From Podarcis vaucheri (taxonomy: Eukaryota): a stretch of DNA of 64,000 bases. Made by a program: the position numbers and the translations under genes. The notes below the pieces were generated by a model, which had not been told where the DNA came from, searched no databases, and saw nothing but the letters and a program-made list of their open reading frames with translations. Each line of letters starts with the position of its first letter. Within the stretch, counting starts at the first letter, position 1. Location of the stretch: the NCBI GenBank assembly GCA_965113315.1, contig OZ220369.1; one strand, 5' to 3'. Below, in pieces: positions 62,461-64,000 of the stretch.

Positions 62461-64000
62461 AGGAGCCCTCCCGCCCCCACCCCACTCGCATTCTTGTCCT
62501 GTCTCGCACGGACACTGATTGCATCCTTCAAACGTAACCTTTGAACTCCCCAAGGTTATGTCCAAGGCAGAGGCTATTCAGCTGGATGAGATCAAAGGAT
62601 GCCAGGGGCAGGGGGCTTCTGGAAGGGGGCTTTCAGGACACTTTCAAATCTCTGGCCTGGGGTAGGAGCGTCAGGCAGTACCAACTGGCTTGTATCCTCC
62701 AGAAAATTTCGCCCCCTCCTCTTCCTCATTCAGGACTTGCAAATGGTGTTATCAAGGGAGGGGGACCGTGTCTGCCTGCAACGTTCCCTGGAGGGAAGCC
62801 GTGTCCTCTGTTAGGCATCTACAAACCACTCTTGGCAAGCGAGCATTTAATTAAAAGCCTCTCTGAATACGGCGGCCGCGTTGGGCATTGCTTGCCGGGG
62901 GGGGGGGTGCTGGTGAGTGGGTGGAGGGAGCTGCTGCTTGGGATTTGACTTGGTTGCTTGCCAGGGGGGTCATGGGGGGGTCTTCCTCACACTGCTTTGT
63001 TCAGCTCCACCTCCTCCTGCCTGCCTGCCTGTGAGTGTTGTTAAGACAGTGGCACTTTGTCTACCTGCAGTATGCAAATAGTATTCAAATTAGGCCTCCA
63101 TGTACAGACTGTCAGCACATACCCCAAAGCTCCCCTCAAGCAAATGACTAATGGGAACATGTGTTCTTTCTATTTTTATAAAGCTTGGGGAATAAGGAGG
63201 GAAGGTGCTTCTCCAAAGAAAGAGTTTGTTTCAGGAACTCAGCAGCATTTACACACACACACTCACACACAAATACTGTTGGGACCCAGTTCTTTGGCTA
63301 TGACTTACCCACCGTGCACTGTTCCTTCTTTGGACACTCTTTCCATGTTCATGTGCCATCCCCATGCAGGTCAATGAGAATCTTCTGGTGCATTGAAGAG
63401 GTCACTGGAGGCCTCACCCAGTTGGGCCAGTGCATTGTGCCCTTGGAAGGCAGAAGGGCTGGCATTGGAGAGCAGCTGCCCGTTCTTTTCCACAGTTTGG
63501 AATACATGTAAGAAGCAGAAGGAGGCATCATGGTTGCCTGGTTCCTGTGGTTGGCAAGCTTTCTGGAGAAGGGGGACTAACCTGTATCTTTAGCTCTGAT
63601 TCGGTAATCCTTTAGTGCCACTGGGGCTGGGTGTTGCAGGTAGGAAGTGGGGTGTGCGTGTTAATGGCTCACATCAAGGGGGGGCTTCCTCAGCCCTCAT
63701 CAAAACTTGAAATATTCTGCAGTGTTTGGAGAAGGAGCAGCTCCAGGAAACACTGGCAACAAGAGATCTTCCAGCCAGTGAGAATCTCGGCTGGGTTTTG
63801 CACAAGAATCTGTGCATCAACGCCCCTCAGTGTGGCATCACCCTGCCTTCTCCACCTCCCTTGCCTGCTGATCCCTGCAGCACTTTGGAGATCAGAGCAA
63901 GTGTTGTTTTTAGCCCATGGAGAAAAGCATCTCTAGGCTGTCCTCCACTCAGCCTGCCTTTCTGTGGGGGAAGAGGGATTGGGCAGCCAGAACAAGCAGC

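Noticed and set aside
49165-64000. POLG as the gene at the CpG island (expected near mir-9-3)
   Set aside because: No POLG-like coding exon is visible in the following 14 kb, which also weakens the mir-9-3 hypothesis.
1-64000. CRISPR arrays, operons, intact transposase, reverse transcriptase or endogenous viral genes
   Set aside because: Eukaryotic DNA with no repeat-spacer arrays and no long ORFs carrying DDE, RT or viral motifs.

Overview
Vertebrate nuclear DNA, most likely from a lacertid-type lizard (inferred from remembered squamate repeat families, not from a search). No protein-coding gene, tRNA, rRNA or CRISPR array can be confidently identified. The listed ORFs look like chance ORFs in GC-rich or repeat DNA; the exception is a decayed CR1 ORF2 C-terminus at ~48.8-49.0 kb. 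The window has four layers. (1) Scattered short transposon relics: Tigger/mariner-, hAT- and Harbinger-like MITEs, tRNA-head SINEs, and CR1 and L2 3' ends, including nested and composite insertions. (2) Many microsatellites. (3) A dense series of unique, CpG-retaining, TF-motif-rich blocks that look like conserved non-coding elements of a developmental regulatory landscape. (4) A CpG-island promoter at ~49.2-50.0 kb plus promoter-like zones near 28-32 kb and 39 kb. The best leads are a perfect 38-bp inverted repeat (23842-23922), a candidate minus-strand spliced non-coding transcript, and an assembly gap (19431-19562) whose flank weakly resembles the mir-9-3 basal stem. The lncRNA and miRNA ideas are hypotheses only. 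I found no firm evidence for a novel biological system.
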